From positions 1 to 53,582 of the forward strand of contig DF237402.1 in the NCBI GenBank assembly GCA_000708835.1: 53,582 nt of DNA, in the 5' to 3' direction. The stretch comes from Klebsormidium nitens (Eukaryota; Plantae; Klebsormidiophyceae). A program made the translations under genes and the position numbers. Shown here in pieces: positions 1 to 10,899 of this stretch. Under the pieces are notes generated by a model. It saw only the letters and a list, made by a program, of their open reading frames with translations. It did no database searches and was not told the DNA's origin. Within the stretch, counting starts at the first letter, position 1. Each line of letters opens with the position of its first letter.

Positions 1-810
1 CCCATGGCACTCTGCCATGGGTTACTACGTTTTTTGCATGACTACGACTACACGAGCATGTTAGGATGGATTGCTAGGATTCGACACGATAGTTTTCATT
101 TCGAGCGTATCGTTTGCGCATCATCATAGGATCCGAGGTATTATCGACACGACCCGTAGCATCACGACAGTGATCTTGAAGCACGTTGAGCTACGTCGGA
201 AGAAGCCTCGTCCGGACACAATAAATAAGAGGTGGCCATAGATGCTCCGATGAGGAAGAAGAAAAAGGAAGACTCGCAGGATCGTCTTGTTGAGGGTTGA
301 GGATGGTAGATCTCTTTTTTACTTTCTTTTCATCATGTCCAACACGGTGCACTACCCTCGAATTATCCCCGCACTATACACATAAACATGTGCATATCTA
401 GATTCATGCACATAGTTTGCAACCACAAACACACACGCATAACATAGACAGTGATCAATGATTCGTGTACATGACACACCATATACATACACATATATGT
501 AGACGGATACGTGTTACATTCATGGGCTGGATTCCAACCTCGAGATATACCAGGCTTATCTAACATAGCATCCAAACCACATGATACCATGTAGTCTACT
601 ACAACCACAATCGGCTCCGAGGAACTTGTACTATACTGATGCGCAGATCCAGATGCAGTGCTGGCAATTGTCAATAACCACCCATTGTGCCATAACAAGG
701 ATATGAAAATGACATGAGTAGTCTACAGAGTACGCTCGTAGTTAGTCCAATGTTTTGCCAAAATGGATGAAACACAGTTGGCGTGCATAGAATCGGGAGT
801 GCATAAACGT

Positions 811-2388
811 TCACAGAGCAATGGCAACATGCGCCAAACTGAAGTCAACCAACATCCGCCAAAGAGAGGCTGCCTGCTGTTTTTCGGTGGTGAACAGGAA
901 CATTTCAGCAACATACGAGCTGCTGCCTTCCAAAGCACACCGCTCGCTATCAGAAAGTGTGTGTCTGCTGTCATCTAAGCATTGATTCAGGCGAGCAAAA
1001 TCGAGTTTCAATTGATGCGCATCAATGATGAGCACCCCATGCTTGCGCAGATTGTTGCGTGGTTGCGCATCATAGGCAGTGGTGAGCACAAGCTCCCGCG
1101 TGTTGTGGCGGCGTTGCACATACTCGATGAAGTGACGCATCACCGTTCTTGCAGGGGGTGGCTGTGATGCGTTATCAGCCAGTGCCGCTAATTGCTCTTG
1201 CAAAAGCAAATGTTGTTGTTGTAGCGCATCGTACTGACTTTGTTGCTCGCTGCATCTTTTCTGGTGATCTTCATAGTTCTGTTGTGCAGAACTTTCCATT
1301 TGTGTGCGGCAATACTGCTGCTGTGCTTCATTGTATTGAAGGTGCAAAACACTGCGCTTGCACAAGAACTCGAACACCGTAGCGTGCGGCGGCGGATTGC
1401 TTTGCTGCCAGGTTTTGGTGCACGCACGCACGATACCACCGCAAAAATCGGCAACGTGGCGCACCCCATAGACACCATTGGGATTGCTGCCATAAGGATA
1501 CACCAAGCGCTTGCTCTGCTTAAGGCGTCTGATGAGGATATATTCATCATGCGCCAGATTGACGTGAAGGACAATCTCTGACCAGTCCCCCAATGCCAGT
1601 TTATCAGCAACCGACCCTGCCTGCTGATATTGCAGCCGGCTGTGCTTGTAATTGGCTGCCCACATGAGCGCCAATGCACCAGGTACGCCGGTGGCAAGCC
1701 CCCATGCAAGGCTCAGGACAAATAAAAGCGAAGACATGCCAAGGCTTGCCATGCCGAGCATGTGTACGCTGCTTTGCAACATCAGTTGATGGAGCTTGCC
1801 TTGGTGCAAATGTTGCACATGCGCATCTCCGGGTAGCACGCCTGCCTCGCTGGCTTTTCGCAACATTATGTGTGCCTGCAACACCCGCACAAAGTCATAG
1901 ATTGCCAGCCTTACTGCTGTTAATGTACATAGACTTGCGCCTATCCAAATAATTGGAAGCAGGATAGGAGTGATCATGGACGTTGCGAAACTTGTAAGAA
2001 AGCCTCCCCCATACAAGAAACCACCCACCCCAAGGCCAATCCCATAGGAGTTGCGTTTGATGTAGGCCGCTTTGATATTGCGATCAATAATCGCACGCTG
2101 TGCTTGTAAATTTTGATTTAAGCTGTACTTGGCTGCTGAGGATAAATCCAAGCTGGGAATTTGCCGCTGGTTGCACTGCAGCAATTGCATATTCTCATAA
2201 TTGATGCGCAGGTTGGCTTGACCAGAAAAAAATTCAGCTACTGCCGATGCAGTGCCCGTGGCCAGATCAACTGCTGTGGCAGCCAGCGTAATAACAAGAT
2301 GTGCCATCATTTGGGCGGTTGTTGGCTGCACGAGACGTACGGGAACGCCCTCAGACAACGAGACCGACTCGTCCGCCATTCTCATCAT
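811..2388 (-). CDS. Intronless hypothetical multi-pass membrane protein (525 aa)
   Basis: Long ORF with two hydrophobic hairpins (YGIGLGVGGFLYGGG...IIWIGASLCTLTAV; MLGMASLGMSSLLFVLSLAWGLATGVPGALALMW) and a Gln-rich helical segment; no family recognised. Confidence 0.5.
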   Translation of the reverse strand: MMRMADESVSLSEGVPVRLVQPTTAQMMAHLVITLAATAVDLATGTASAVAEFFSGQANLRINYENMQLLQCNQRQIPSLDLSSAAKYSLNQNLQAQRAIIDRNIKAAYIKRNSYGIGLGVGGFLYGGGFLTSFATSMITPILLPIIWIGASLCTLTAVRLAIYDFVRVLQAHIMLRKASEAGVLPGDAHVQHLHQGKLHQLMLQSSVHMLGMASLGMSSLLFVLSLAWGLATGVPGALALMWAANYKHSRLQYQQAGSVADKLALGDWSEIVLHVNLAHDEYILIRRLKQSKRLVYPYGSNPNGVYGVRHVADFCGGIVRACTKTWQQSNPPPHATVFEFLCKRSVLHLQYNEAQQQYCRTQMESSAQQNYEDHQKRCSEQQSQYDALQQQHLLLQEQLAALADNASQPPPARTVMRHFIEYVQRRHNTRELVLTTAYDAQPRNNLRKHGVLIIDAHQLKLDFARLNQCLDDSRHTLSDSERCALEGSSSYVAEMFLFTTEKQQAASLWRMLVDFSLAHVAIAL

Positions 2389-2614
2389 CTCTCGTTCCAG
2401 CGCCCCTGAGATGCCTCTCTGCTTGTGCCTCTTCCTCCTAATGAGCGTCCTTTTACTACCCCTCTTGTCTAAGTTTGTTCAGGGACTGCCCCATTTTTAC
2501 GGAGAACCTTACTTTCTAATTTTATTTTTCGGACGACCGAAGTCCGAACCAGATTTGCGACCGCGATTGGTTATTATCCTTTGCGTCTTGCTGCCTGTTG
2601 CAAAACCTTGTCAA

Positions 2615-2730
2615 GTTTAGGGTTCGCTGCTGCTTGTTGCCGTATGTAGTCAGTGTCAGGGTTATCTGCCTGTTGCTATATGTGGTCAGCTTTAGGGTTA
2701 TGTGCTGCGTGTTGCTATATGTAACCCTAA
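2615..2730. repeat. Degenerate ~36-bp tandem repeat containing TTTAGGG/AGGGTT/TAACCCTAA telomere-like motifs
   Basis: Three units of ...(t)agggtt...tgttgc(c/t)(g/a)tatgt..., ending in gtaaccctaa. Confidence 0.4.
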
Positions 2731-4618
2731 TGAGGCTTAAAAGTGGGATACTGTGCACCCTGACACAATCTCTTATGGGGAAGCCAAAAGGTACGAAGGG
2801 GTCGAGAGAGGGTCATAAGGAGTCACATTGTGTCCACGGGATGAGATATTTTGGAAGGGCTCACGTGCGGGTGGTGCCTGTGGCATTTGGAATGCCACAA
2901 TCGTATGACGTTCCATTAAAATATCTTACGAAGTTACGAATCTCGACCTGTGATCTGCCACCCACGGTTCGCGCAACACGCGTCACATACTCAACTGACT
3001 TGTCGCTGGAGTAACTTCGAATCTCGACATGCGATCTACGTATCTCTTCGTGTATTCGTCACGCTCATTTACAGCCGTCCTTCAGTTTTGGATCACTGAA
3101 GAAATCAGGTTCGATTGAGGCGGATGGTTTGGGTCAGATATTCTGATCGTTCTCTCAGCACAATGGAAGCATGGTGGCGCCTGAGCCTTGCAGGCTTCTT
3201 CTCGTCTATGGTAATCGGTGTGAATTCCGTAAGGCCAGGCTTGAGGCGTGGTTCCTGACCTGAAAGGACCTTGACAGGCTGTTTCAGGGCCCTGACTGCA
3301 ACAGAAAGGTTGTGCTCTTGAAGCTGAGGTTGTGGGAGGAGGTGGTGCCGTTGACGCTGAGCCCCGACTACCAGCACGGTGGTAACAGGTCTATTTATCG
3401 TATTGTTGTGAAAGAGGACTATGGACAAAGGGCTGACGCAGACTCGGTTAATTGGCATTCTGGGTTGCCAGAACAGGAATGTGATGACTTCCTCCTAAAG
3501 ATAATGGTAGGCCTTTTTTCAAATTCAGAGGACGGCAATCCAGCGTACTACCTCACGTTGTGGCTGGCCTTCCCCTTTCCCGCTTGCAGCGCGAGGGGAC
3601 TCTGTTCAAGGATTTGAAGGAACTTAGTGGCAGGAGAGAGCGAGGGTTTTTGTAAGCCATTGCCTGACCTGCAAAAAGAAGGGCGCAGTTTTACAGTGCT
3701 CTGAGTGCAAGGTTGCCTGGTTTTGTGGGAGAGAATGCGAGTGGGTTGGATTTGACAGGCACGCAAGGGCGTGCTCTGCTTACGTCAGCTTCTTGAGATT
3801 AGAATATGAGGCCTCCTAGCTCAGTGTAAATTATGATTTGAAAGCGATCTAGTAGCTTGACCATCTCGTCGATGCGAGCACCTGTGACCTGTAATATTAC
3901 GTAGTGTATGGATCCAATTCCTTTCAAAATAGCAAGTCTTTCCAAAACTCTGGTGATGCTCGCTTGGCTTCCTCCCTGGGATATGGACCAATTCACGCGT
4001 CGCACGTCAAACCATATGTATGCCACTTTTTCAGTTTTGTCACTGGTGAAACATTTGCGACATATGTTTATTTGTGTGTGGAACAAGTGTCGTGAATGCA
4101 AGGATGCCGGATGTAATTTAAACGAATGTTCAGACCTGGGCCGCTACAATGATGACTATTGGAGGCTAGGAATGAGCTTAGCTCGATACCATATATGTAC
4201 ACCTATGCATGGTGGGCATCAGGATGGGTGTTAGGTTTATTGGCTCCGAGGACTACCTTACAGTGCGACGCTCGTATTCAACTGGGGATGCTGCCATGAA
4301 TATCTACCTATGCTTTTGCGAGCCGTTTGCATCCTACAAGCCCGGCCACTCGGTCTCCACGCCGCTCCAGCTTCATTTGGTCTACAGGGGGCGAGGCAAG
4401 GGGGTGATCCATAGAGGTCAAATCAATATCGATTCATCACCAAAGGTGGATGCTGCAGACATCAAGAACCGCTCACGAATCCGTGAGATGGATAAGACAA
4501 GCCGGAACAAGCCGGAAATTCCCACCCATGCTTGGTTGGGAACCTGACAACCTAAAACCTGTTGGAAAATTCTTTGACCTCTATAAATCCTTCATTTGAA
4601 CCTTCTGAACGTACCTCT

Positions 4619-4999
4619 TTAAGTGTCTCTCCTGTTTTTGGTTTTAGGATAGAAAGTTAACCTCTTTAGGTGTCTCTCCTCTAGAACTTGAGCATGTAAA
4701 AACGATGAGTTGGCATGAATGGTAGGTACATCGAAGGAAAGAGGAGAGACTCTGATGCGTTGGTTCTCAGGCACCGGGTGAAGTAACGACGTGAGCCCCT
4801 TCAGCCGCCCGACCGACTCCGGCAGGCTCTCGAGTGCCACCCATTGACTAAGTTTAATGATCACAAGCCAACGGGGGTTATTCATAATGATTGGCTGCAG
4901 CTCTACCAAAGAGTGATACAATTGTACAACTGCGATAATAGTCGTTCTTGAATTGAAAACCAATCTTTCATAGTAAGTATGTAACAATTTTGCTGCCAC
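4619..4999 (-). pseudogene. Leucine-rich-repeat remnant
   Basis: Single plant/bacterial-type LRR unit LESLPESVGRLKGLTSL within otherwise unconvincing ORF sequence. Confidence 0.3.
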
Positions 5000-5775
5000 G
5001 CTCTACGAGAGTGGAAAATATGTCATCCCTTCTCAGAAGGTCTTCTGAATGTTGCTAAGCTGCGTGACCGTCTACTTCTGGAGAACCTCGTGCATAAGGA
5101 TGAGGTTGAACACATGACTTTCAAAGATACATACACCCGTGATGGGCGGATTGTGGACGAGCTTCCAGACGACGTCGAGATAGTGTCTGTGGAACAGGAG
5201 CTGAAGCGGGTATTCATTTGGCAACCCAGTAAAAGACATTCTGGTGGTGAGCGAGATGCTCCGGTGCAAAAACGGTGAGGCGCCAAAACGTCGTGCCCGT
5301 CCCGGACACCAAATCCCCCATGCGTAAATCCATCATTTATCAAAATGAAGTATTCCCAAATGGGAAAGTGGATTTACGCCTTCTCGCTTGACAAACGAGA
5401 GACCGCGAAGATGCAACAAGAGATGATTGCCACGGTTGGCTGGTACGACCCGAGAGGGTTCGTGGTCTGCCGCTTGAAGGGTTTGATTTGGATGGACGGC
5501 GGGGCTTTTCTCCCGAATAGAGACCCCGTGGATACAGACTGGCTGACGCCGTTTTAGGAAGCCACTGGCTTGACGCTCTCATACGAGCCGTTCACTCTGC
5601 CCCCTGCTGAAGTACGCGAATGTCTTTGACCATGCTCAAAAAGTTGCAGAACGGGATTGGAAAAAGGAGGAGGTGCAGTCTTGGCTCGAGATATGCTGCA
5701 AATATGGTGCAGAGATAGACTACTCCCCTTGAAGAAAGGTACTCGCACACACGCTTAGGGCCAACGGAGCACCGA

Positions 5776-6702
5776 ATGCCCTTCCATTCCGGAATGGCAG
5801 ACTTGGATCGATCCGACATGGAGCGCCCTGACGCTGAAGTGGGCGAGTGTGCGATCACAAACGTGGCACCCCCGCTCTTGCTGGAGCTTCTGCTCCACCA
5901 CTCGGACATCAGAGTGCCCGCCCTGACCGCGCTAGCATGCACCGCAACCGACTTCAGCGCGGCGGTGAACGAGCTTTGGCCTTCGATGATGGCAAAATTT
6001 TCGGAGAGCTGTCAGAATGAACCGACTACTCCCCTGACCGCGAGACAGATTCCGGTCGAAGCCTTTCGTAAAACTCCCCACCCGGCCAGCGCTTGCAGGG
6101 TTCGGGCGTTGACTAGACCGAGAGGCGAAGGCTTGAACTTGAGCTTCGAATTCGAGGAAGAAGGCTCAGAATGGACGCGCCAGGACGCTCTGATGACGGT
6201 GTATACTGCTCGCTACACGTATCGTCTCAGCACGGCAGACATTCGTCAACTCCAACCATACACAGGCATGTACAATGACAAGTACTACAGATTCGAAGAC
6301 GTTCTGGGGGCGGGCATGCTCCGATTCGGGCGACGGCCTTATCTGGAGCGCCTCCTCCGAAGACCGATCCGGGAGCATCCGCAGATCGAGAAGAGGAGCA
6401 CCGGCTGGAATCATGTGATGCGGTTGCACCAGAGGGTGGCCCCGGAAGTCATGCTCGACACGAGAACACTTCAAGCATATGCCGAGGAGTACATGAAGTC
6501 GGGCGTCGGGATCAATGTAATCAGGAGCCGTCTGTGGTCGCACAGATTCTTCTTGCAGCAGGTGTCTCAGCTGGTGCCCCATATGAACGTGGCCGAGCAG
6601 TCACGAGTTAAGCATCTCCAGAAAGCTTACGTCTTGACGAATGACTATGAGCTGGTCCGAGAAGCTACCAGGATAATGATAGCAATAACAGGACTTCACT
6701 GA
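5776..6702 (+). CDS. F-box-like protein with XPA-C-like helical domain, paralogue 1
   Basis: N-terminal PPLLLELLLHHSDIRVPALTALACTATDFSAAVNELW fits the F-box pattern; TARYTYRLSTADIRQL...YYRFEDVLGAGMLRFG resembles XPA-C-like folds; clear paralogue at 7247. Confidence 0.6.
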   Translation: MPFHSGMADLDRSDMERPDAEVGECAITNVAPPLLLELLLHHSDIRVPALTALACTATDFSAAVNELWPSMMAKFSESCQNEPTTPLTARQIPVEAFRKTPHPASACRVRALTRPRGEGLNLSFEFEEEGSEWTRQDALMTVYTARYTYRLSTADIRQLQPYTGMYNDKYYRFEDVLGAGMLRFGRRPYLERLLRRPIREHPQIEKRSTGWNHVMRLHQRVAPEVMLDTRTLQAYAEEYMKSGVGINVIRSRLWSHRFFLQQVSQLVPHMNVAEQSRVKHLQKAYVLTNDYELVREATRIMIAITGLH

Positions 6703-6748
6703 GGGCTGATGATCCTTGGGACGCGGCTACAACAATCAATTCGTTCTG

Positions 6749-7132
6749 ATGTCAACGATATCACCATGGGTAACGGCGCCCACGAACTTTGGCGCGGTCA
6801 GTGGAGCTCGGGCACGCGGGCACGTTAGCTTAGGAAGTACCGCATTCAAACAGCTCAACGCTATGAGGCACTCGTGTTCCTTTTCACAGAAGGGAAGGAT
6901 TTCTTCGGACTTGGCATGGTTGCTTGACCTTCCATCAAGTGTCCGCATCAGTCGGCCGCAACTGACTCGAATAATCGGAAATTGGCTCCGGGCAAACGAT
7001 TTGATAGAGAATCGTGTTCTAATATACGTAACCTACGACATGAGTTGCGTATTTGGAGCCGAAAATGGAAGTTTCATTTCTCACTTTGCACTACAATCGT
7101 TTCTACGATCACATTGGTACAAGACTGCATAA
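6749..7132 (+). CDS. SWIB/MDM2-domain protein
   Basis: ISSDLAWLLDLPSSVRISRPQLTRIIGNWLRANDL...YDMSCVFG...ISHFALQSFLRSH matches the SWIB consensus; stand-alone SWIB genes are common in NCLDVs. Confidence 0.75.
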   Translation: MSTISPWVTAPTNFGAVSGARARGHVSLGSTAFKQLNAMRHSCSFSQKGRISSDLAWLLDLPSSVRISRPQLTRIIGNWLRANDLIENRVLIYVTYDMSCVFGAENGSFISHFALQSFLRSHWYKTA

Positions 7133-7246
7133 GGCGGAGCCATCGGCTGCTTCCTTGGAACCACTACCTACCGGCAGCGGATTCTATACCGAATCACGTG
7201 AAGCAATAGTTATGTAAGCACCCCTTAAGGACAAAGGTCGGGCCAG

Positions 7247-8153
7247 ATGCCCCTTCATTCTAACATGGAGCCTGTCAGCAACCGCTCGAAAGAATGCGCA
7301 ATCGAAACTCTGGCAGCCTCCCACCTTTTGGAGCTGCTTGTCCATCATTCAGACATCCAAGTACCGTCTCTGACCGCCTTGGCATGCACAGCAAAAGCCT
7401 ACAACGAAGCGGTGGACCAGTTGTGGCCGTACCTCATGACCAAGTACGAGGCCGAGTGTGGGAGGGGCCCGGCCGCGGCACTGACGCCCAGGCATACGCC
7501 AGAAGAGGATGTTGAGAAGAATCTTGAGGATGGCTGTGAAGTTTTCGCCGAACGTATTCCGGGCGGCAAAGGCTTCAGACTGAAGTTCGAATTTGAGGAA
7601 GAAGGGAGCGACTGGACCCGGCAGGAAGCTCTAATGCCTTTAAAGACCGGAGCTCGCAAGGTATACCTGCTCACTGCTCCAGATCTCCGCCTCCTACAAC
7701 CGTTCATAGTTCCAGGTGCGAGACGAGATCCTCTTCTCCGTGGAAAGTTTTACAAATTCGAAGATGTTCTGGGGGCGGGCATGCTTCGGTACGATCGGAA
7801 ATCCTATGTAGACCGTCTCTTGAAGAGACCGATCCGGGACTGCACGCAGGCGGAGCTGAGGAGCGATCGGTGGGAAATGGTGAAATATCTCCCCATCGTG
7901 CATCCACCGATCCTACTCGAGCCTCCCTTGCTGAACAATTATGCGAGCAGTTATATCAGAACGGGGATCGGACTCAAGGAAGTGCAGCAACGTCTTTTTC
8001 TCACAGTACGTCAGCGCTCGTACGCACCAACACATGAACCACCCGGAGCAAGTAAGAGTGGCATACCTTCAGAAAGCATACGTTTGGACGCAAGAATTTC
8101 AGCTCGTCTCAGATGCGGTAGCAATCATTCGAGAGACGCGAGGAGTCTACTAA
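7247..8153 (+). pseudogene. F-box-like protein paralogue 2, frameshifted near 7995
   Basis: Shares FEFEEEGS.WTRQ.ALM and FEDVLGAGMLR with 5776-6702. The homologous C-terminus (FFSQYVS...HMNHPEQVRVAYLQKAYV) lies in another frame (7941-8153). Confidence 0.65.
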
Positions 8154-8982
8154 AGGACGTCGATCCTTGGGACTTTGAATGGGGCTGGCGATATTGCCAG
8201 AGGGGCAGGCACGTCCGTGTCTTCGACCGGTGAATAAGTCGTAGGGATCAAATATGTCTTGACGACAGCAGGAAGCACCCCACCGACGATCGGCCCTGCT
8301 ATGAACACCCAAATGTGCTTCCAAGCCTCCTTCGGCGCCGTCCCGATGCAGCGATCACAGCACCCAAGCTGCGTGCCGGATTAACGCTACATCCGTCGAT
8401 AGGGATCAGAGCAAGATGCGCCACTATAATCGCAGCGCCTACAGCCACATGTACCATGAGTCCCAGAACGTGTCGCCCGATGTCGTTCACAGGCAGAAGC
8501 CCTGTCACCTGCAGCACAAGTGTTACAAGGAGAGAGGTTGCAATTATTTCGGCTAAGAGAGCTTGCCACAGACCATATCCCGGCTGAACAAAGTTGACGG
8601 CCTGACTTGCGGCATAATGCTCATGATTCGAAACGGCCCGTGCAAGTAAAGCACCACACGTGGCTCCAACAACCTGTGCAACAATGTACACGACTCCCGT
8701 AAGTATGTCTACCGACCGTTGCACCATGAATGCAATAGTCACGGCTGGGTTGAGATGCGCGCCCGAAACATTTCCAAAGCAAAAGATCAGACCAGCTATG
8801 CTGGTCCCAAAGACTGTGGCTACTCCGATCGGTGCGGCTGCCGAACCATCGACTGAGCTTGGCCCATAATTCACAACGGTACACACTACTGGAAATAGAA
8901 AGTAAGCTGATCCCAAGCACTCTGCCCCAGCTGCATTGCAGAGCCTGAGCACCTTGTTGTTACGGCGGTCTGTGGAGGCCAT
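8150..8982 (-). CDS. Aquaporin (MIP), orthodox water-channel type; 1-nt frameshift near 8343
   Basis: SGAHLNPAVT and GCSVNPARSLG (two NPA boxes). Adding one G at the GGG run restores the sixth helix AWKHIWVFIAGPIVGGVL and a TAG stop at 8150-8152. Confidence 0.9.
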
Positions 8983-9033
8983 GTGGTAAGTTCGTCCCAG
9001 AAAACATTTGGCTTCAAAAGTCCACGCTTATTA

Positions 9034-9503
9034 CAGTTTTCGTCGAAAATGTCGCCTGAGATATGTAACGCTTGAAGATCTGAATGTGCGTTTAAAACCC
9101 CCTGAAAATTCTCAGAAGGTACTGTATGTTCTAATCATGAGCATCACTTGTTACCGACTGGAAGAGTGGCTAGTACTGTCCTAAGCGTGCCCCGTCAACA
9201 TACGGTATGAGACCTCCATCAAAAGGCCCATCTTTGAGCTTCCCTGAAGCGCGATTGCACGCTGTGCAATGTACCAGCGTCGCTTGGATTTGGGCTGGAG
9301 GTCTATGGCATGGCATAGGAGTATCAGTACTTGTCCACAAAAAGGAACAGTATTCTTCAGTACCAGTTACTCTGGTCAGGCTCTGCCTACCAAGGACGCT
9401 GGGCGGCTGAGGGATAGCCAGTTAACTCTGTTATTATTGCTAATTATCGCCTTTTCTTGTGGCCCCCGTTACATAATAGGGGCGACAGTTTGGGCGAAAA
9501 TGG
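9034..9503. mobile_element. MITE (TA-flanked, Tc1/mariner/Stowaway-like), copy 1
   Basis: 470 bp, near-identical to 41294-41764. Imperfect terminal inverted repeats (cagttttcgtcgaaaatgtcgcc...tatgtaacg versus cgttacata...ggcgacagtttgggcgaaaatgg); TA on both sides; non-coding. Confidence 0.85.
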
Positions 9504-9534
9504 TAATAAAAAAGGAGAGCCTATTGCAGATTCC

Positions 9535-10899
9535 ATGGCCCTCCATTGGAAGTTCAAATGGAAATCGGAGGCGGATGAGAAGACACAATTGAAAGCCCGT
9601 TGCCTGGATCTGGAACGGAAGCTCGCGCATGCTCAGATGACATTGGCGGTCGCACAAGAACAGGTCGCGGTGTCTGTCGGTTCCAAAGACGAATTCACGA
9701 AGCGGGTCGCTCAGCACATCAGGGTGCCGATGCACGGTATCATCCAGGTCTGCTCGTCGATCATTCAGGACCACGGGGTACTCGCCAGCACGTGCTCCAA
9801 GGTCGAGATCGTCTGCCTGACGAGCACCCAGGTGCTGAGCACTTTGAACGAGCTCCTGCAGATCAGTTCCACAGAGAACAGCAGAATGTGCACGGAAAAC
9901 GTCGCCTTCAACCCGCGGAAGCTGGTGGACGCGGTTCTCAAGCAGGTTGACCAGCAAGTCGAGAGCAAGAACGTACGAGTCGTCCAGCTGGTGGATGGGC
10001 GCACGCCCACCTCACTTGCTGGGGACATGTCCAGACTCCGGCAGGCTCTCGGGATCGTTCTCGAAGTGCTTCTGGATGCGGCACGGGACTCGGAGATGCT
10101 GGAAATCCGGGTGAAGCCGCTGCACGGCGACGATCCCCTCCTCGAGTCGATGATCTGCTCGAGCCGCTACATATCATGCCTCTACGAGCTGTGTCTGGCC
10201 CACCCAGCGGGAGAGGACAGTATCATGGTGAGGGTAGGGCGAGACCCTGACCGCGAAGACCCCCAGCTCATCGCCGTAGCCGGCAGGTTGGAGCTGATGG
10301 GCTGGCGGTTGATGCGCTCGGTCGACAGCAGGGCTTTTCAGATTATCGTCCACGTCAAGCGCGCTCTAGAGGGGAGCGGGGCCAGCCAGCGGTATAGCCT
10401 AAGTCGCGACGTGCTCCTCAAGGAACGCAAGCTGACCATCTTGCTCATGGAGGAGAATCCGATTTTCCGAAGCACGATCTGCCAGCAGCTTGGGCAGGAA
10501 GGGCACACCGTGGACGTCGTGCGCAACGAATCGGAGGTATGCAAGCTCGCTGAGGACGGTACGATACATTTGAACAGAGTACGGCTGCGTGCTGATCGAC
10601 ACTACCAGCGGGGCCAAGGACCTCCTCGACTGCATAAGGCAACGCGAAGACTGATGCGATGCAACAAGATGCCAGTGGTCCTGATGGTGGGTCACGGTTT
10701 CGAAGATTGGGAAGTGCGTTACAAGGAAGCGGGAATCGACACGTACCTCCTCAAGCCGTGCACGAGCGAAGTCCTCAAATCTCGCATAGGAGACGCCATC
10801 AGCGCCGCGACAGCCCTCGTCGACATCGAAGAATTGTCGGAGCAGAGTCTCTCGAACGAGAGCGTTCTGTCTCAGTCTGAGCTTCCACTGAAGCAGTAG
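9535..10899 (+). CDS. Degenerate hybrid histidine kinase-response regulator (soluble, no sensor domain)
   Basis: KDEFTKRVAQHIRVPMHGIIQ (H-box-like), AGDMSRLRQAL, receiver KLTILLMEENP...AGIDTYLLKP. The listed GTG start at 9457 lies inside the MITE, so ATG 9535 is preferred. Confidence 0.8.
   Translation: MALHWKFKWKSEADEKTQLKARCLDLERKLAHAQMTLAVAQEQVAVSVGSKDEFTKRVAQHIRVPMHGIIQVCSSIIQDHGVLASTCSKVEIVCLTSTQVLSTLNELLQISSTENSRMCTENVAFNPRKLVDAVLKQVDQQVESKNVRVVQLVDGRTPTSLAGDMSRLRQALGIVLEVLLDAARDSEMLEIRVKPLHGDDPLLESMICSSRYISCLYELCLAHPAGEDSIMVRVGRDPDREDPQLIAVAGRLELMGWRLMRSVDSRAFQIIVHVKRALEGSGASQRYSLSRDVLLKERKLTILLMEENPIFRSTICQQLGQEGHTVDVVRNESEVCKLAEDGTIHLNRVRLRADRHYQRGQGPPRLHKATRRLMRCNKMPVVLMVGHGFEDWEVRYKEAGIDTYLLKPCTSEVLKSRIGDAISAATALVDIEELSEQSLSNESVLSQSELPLKQ

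Noticed and set aside
2615-2730. Telomere-mediated viral integration site
   Set aside because: Only isolated telomere-like motifs inside a 36-bp repeat, not a true telomeric array.
3105-5557. Several short ORFs that could be decayed viral genes
   Set aside because: No recognisable motifs, so no product can be supported.
10559-10577. GT...AG 19-nt intron that would restore the receiver frame
   Set aside because: Too short for a typical spliceosomal intron, and the restored frame still hits TGA near 10652; compensating indels explain it better.
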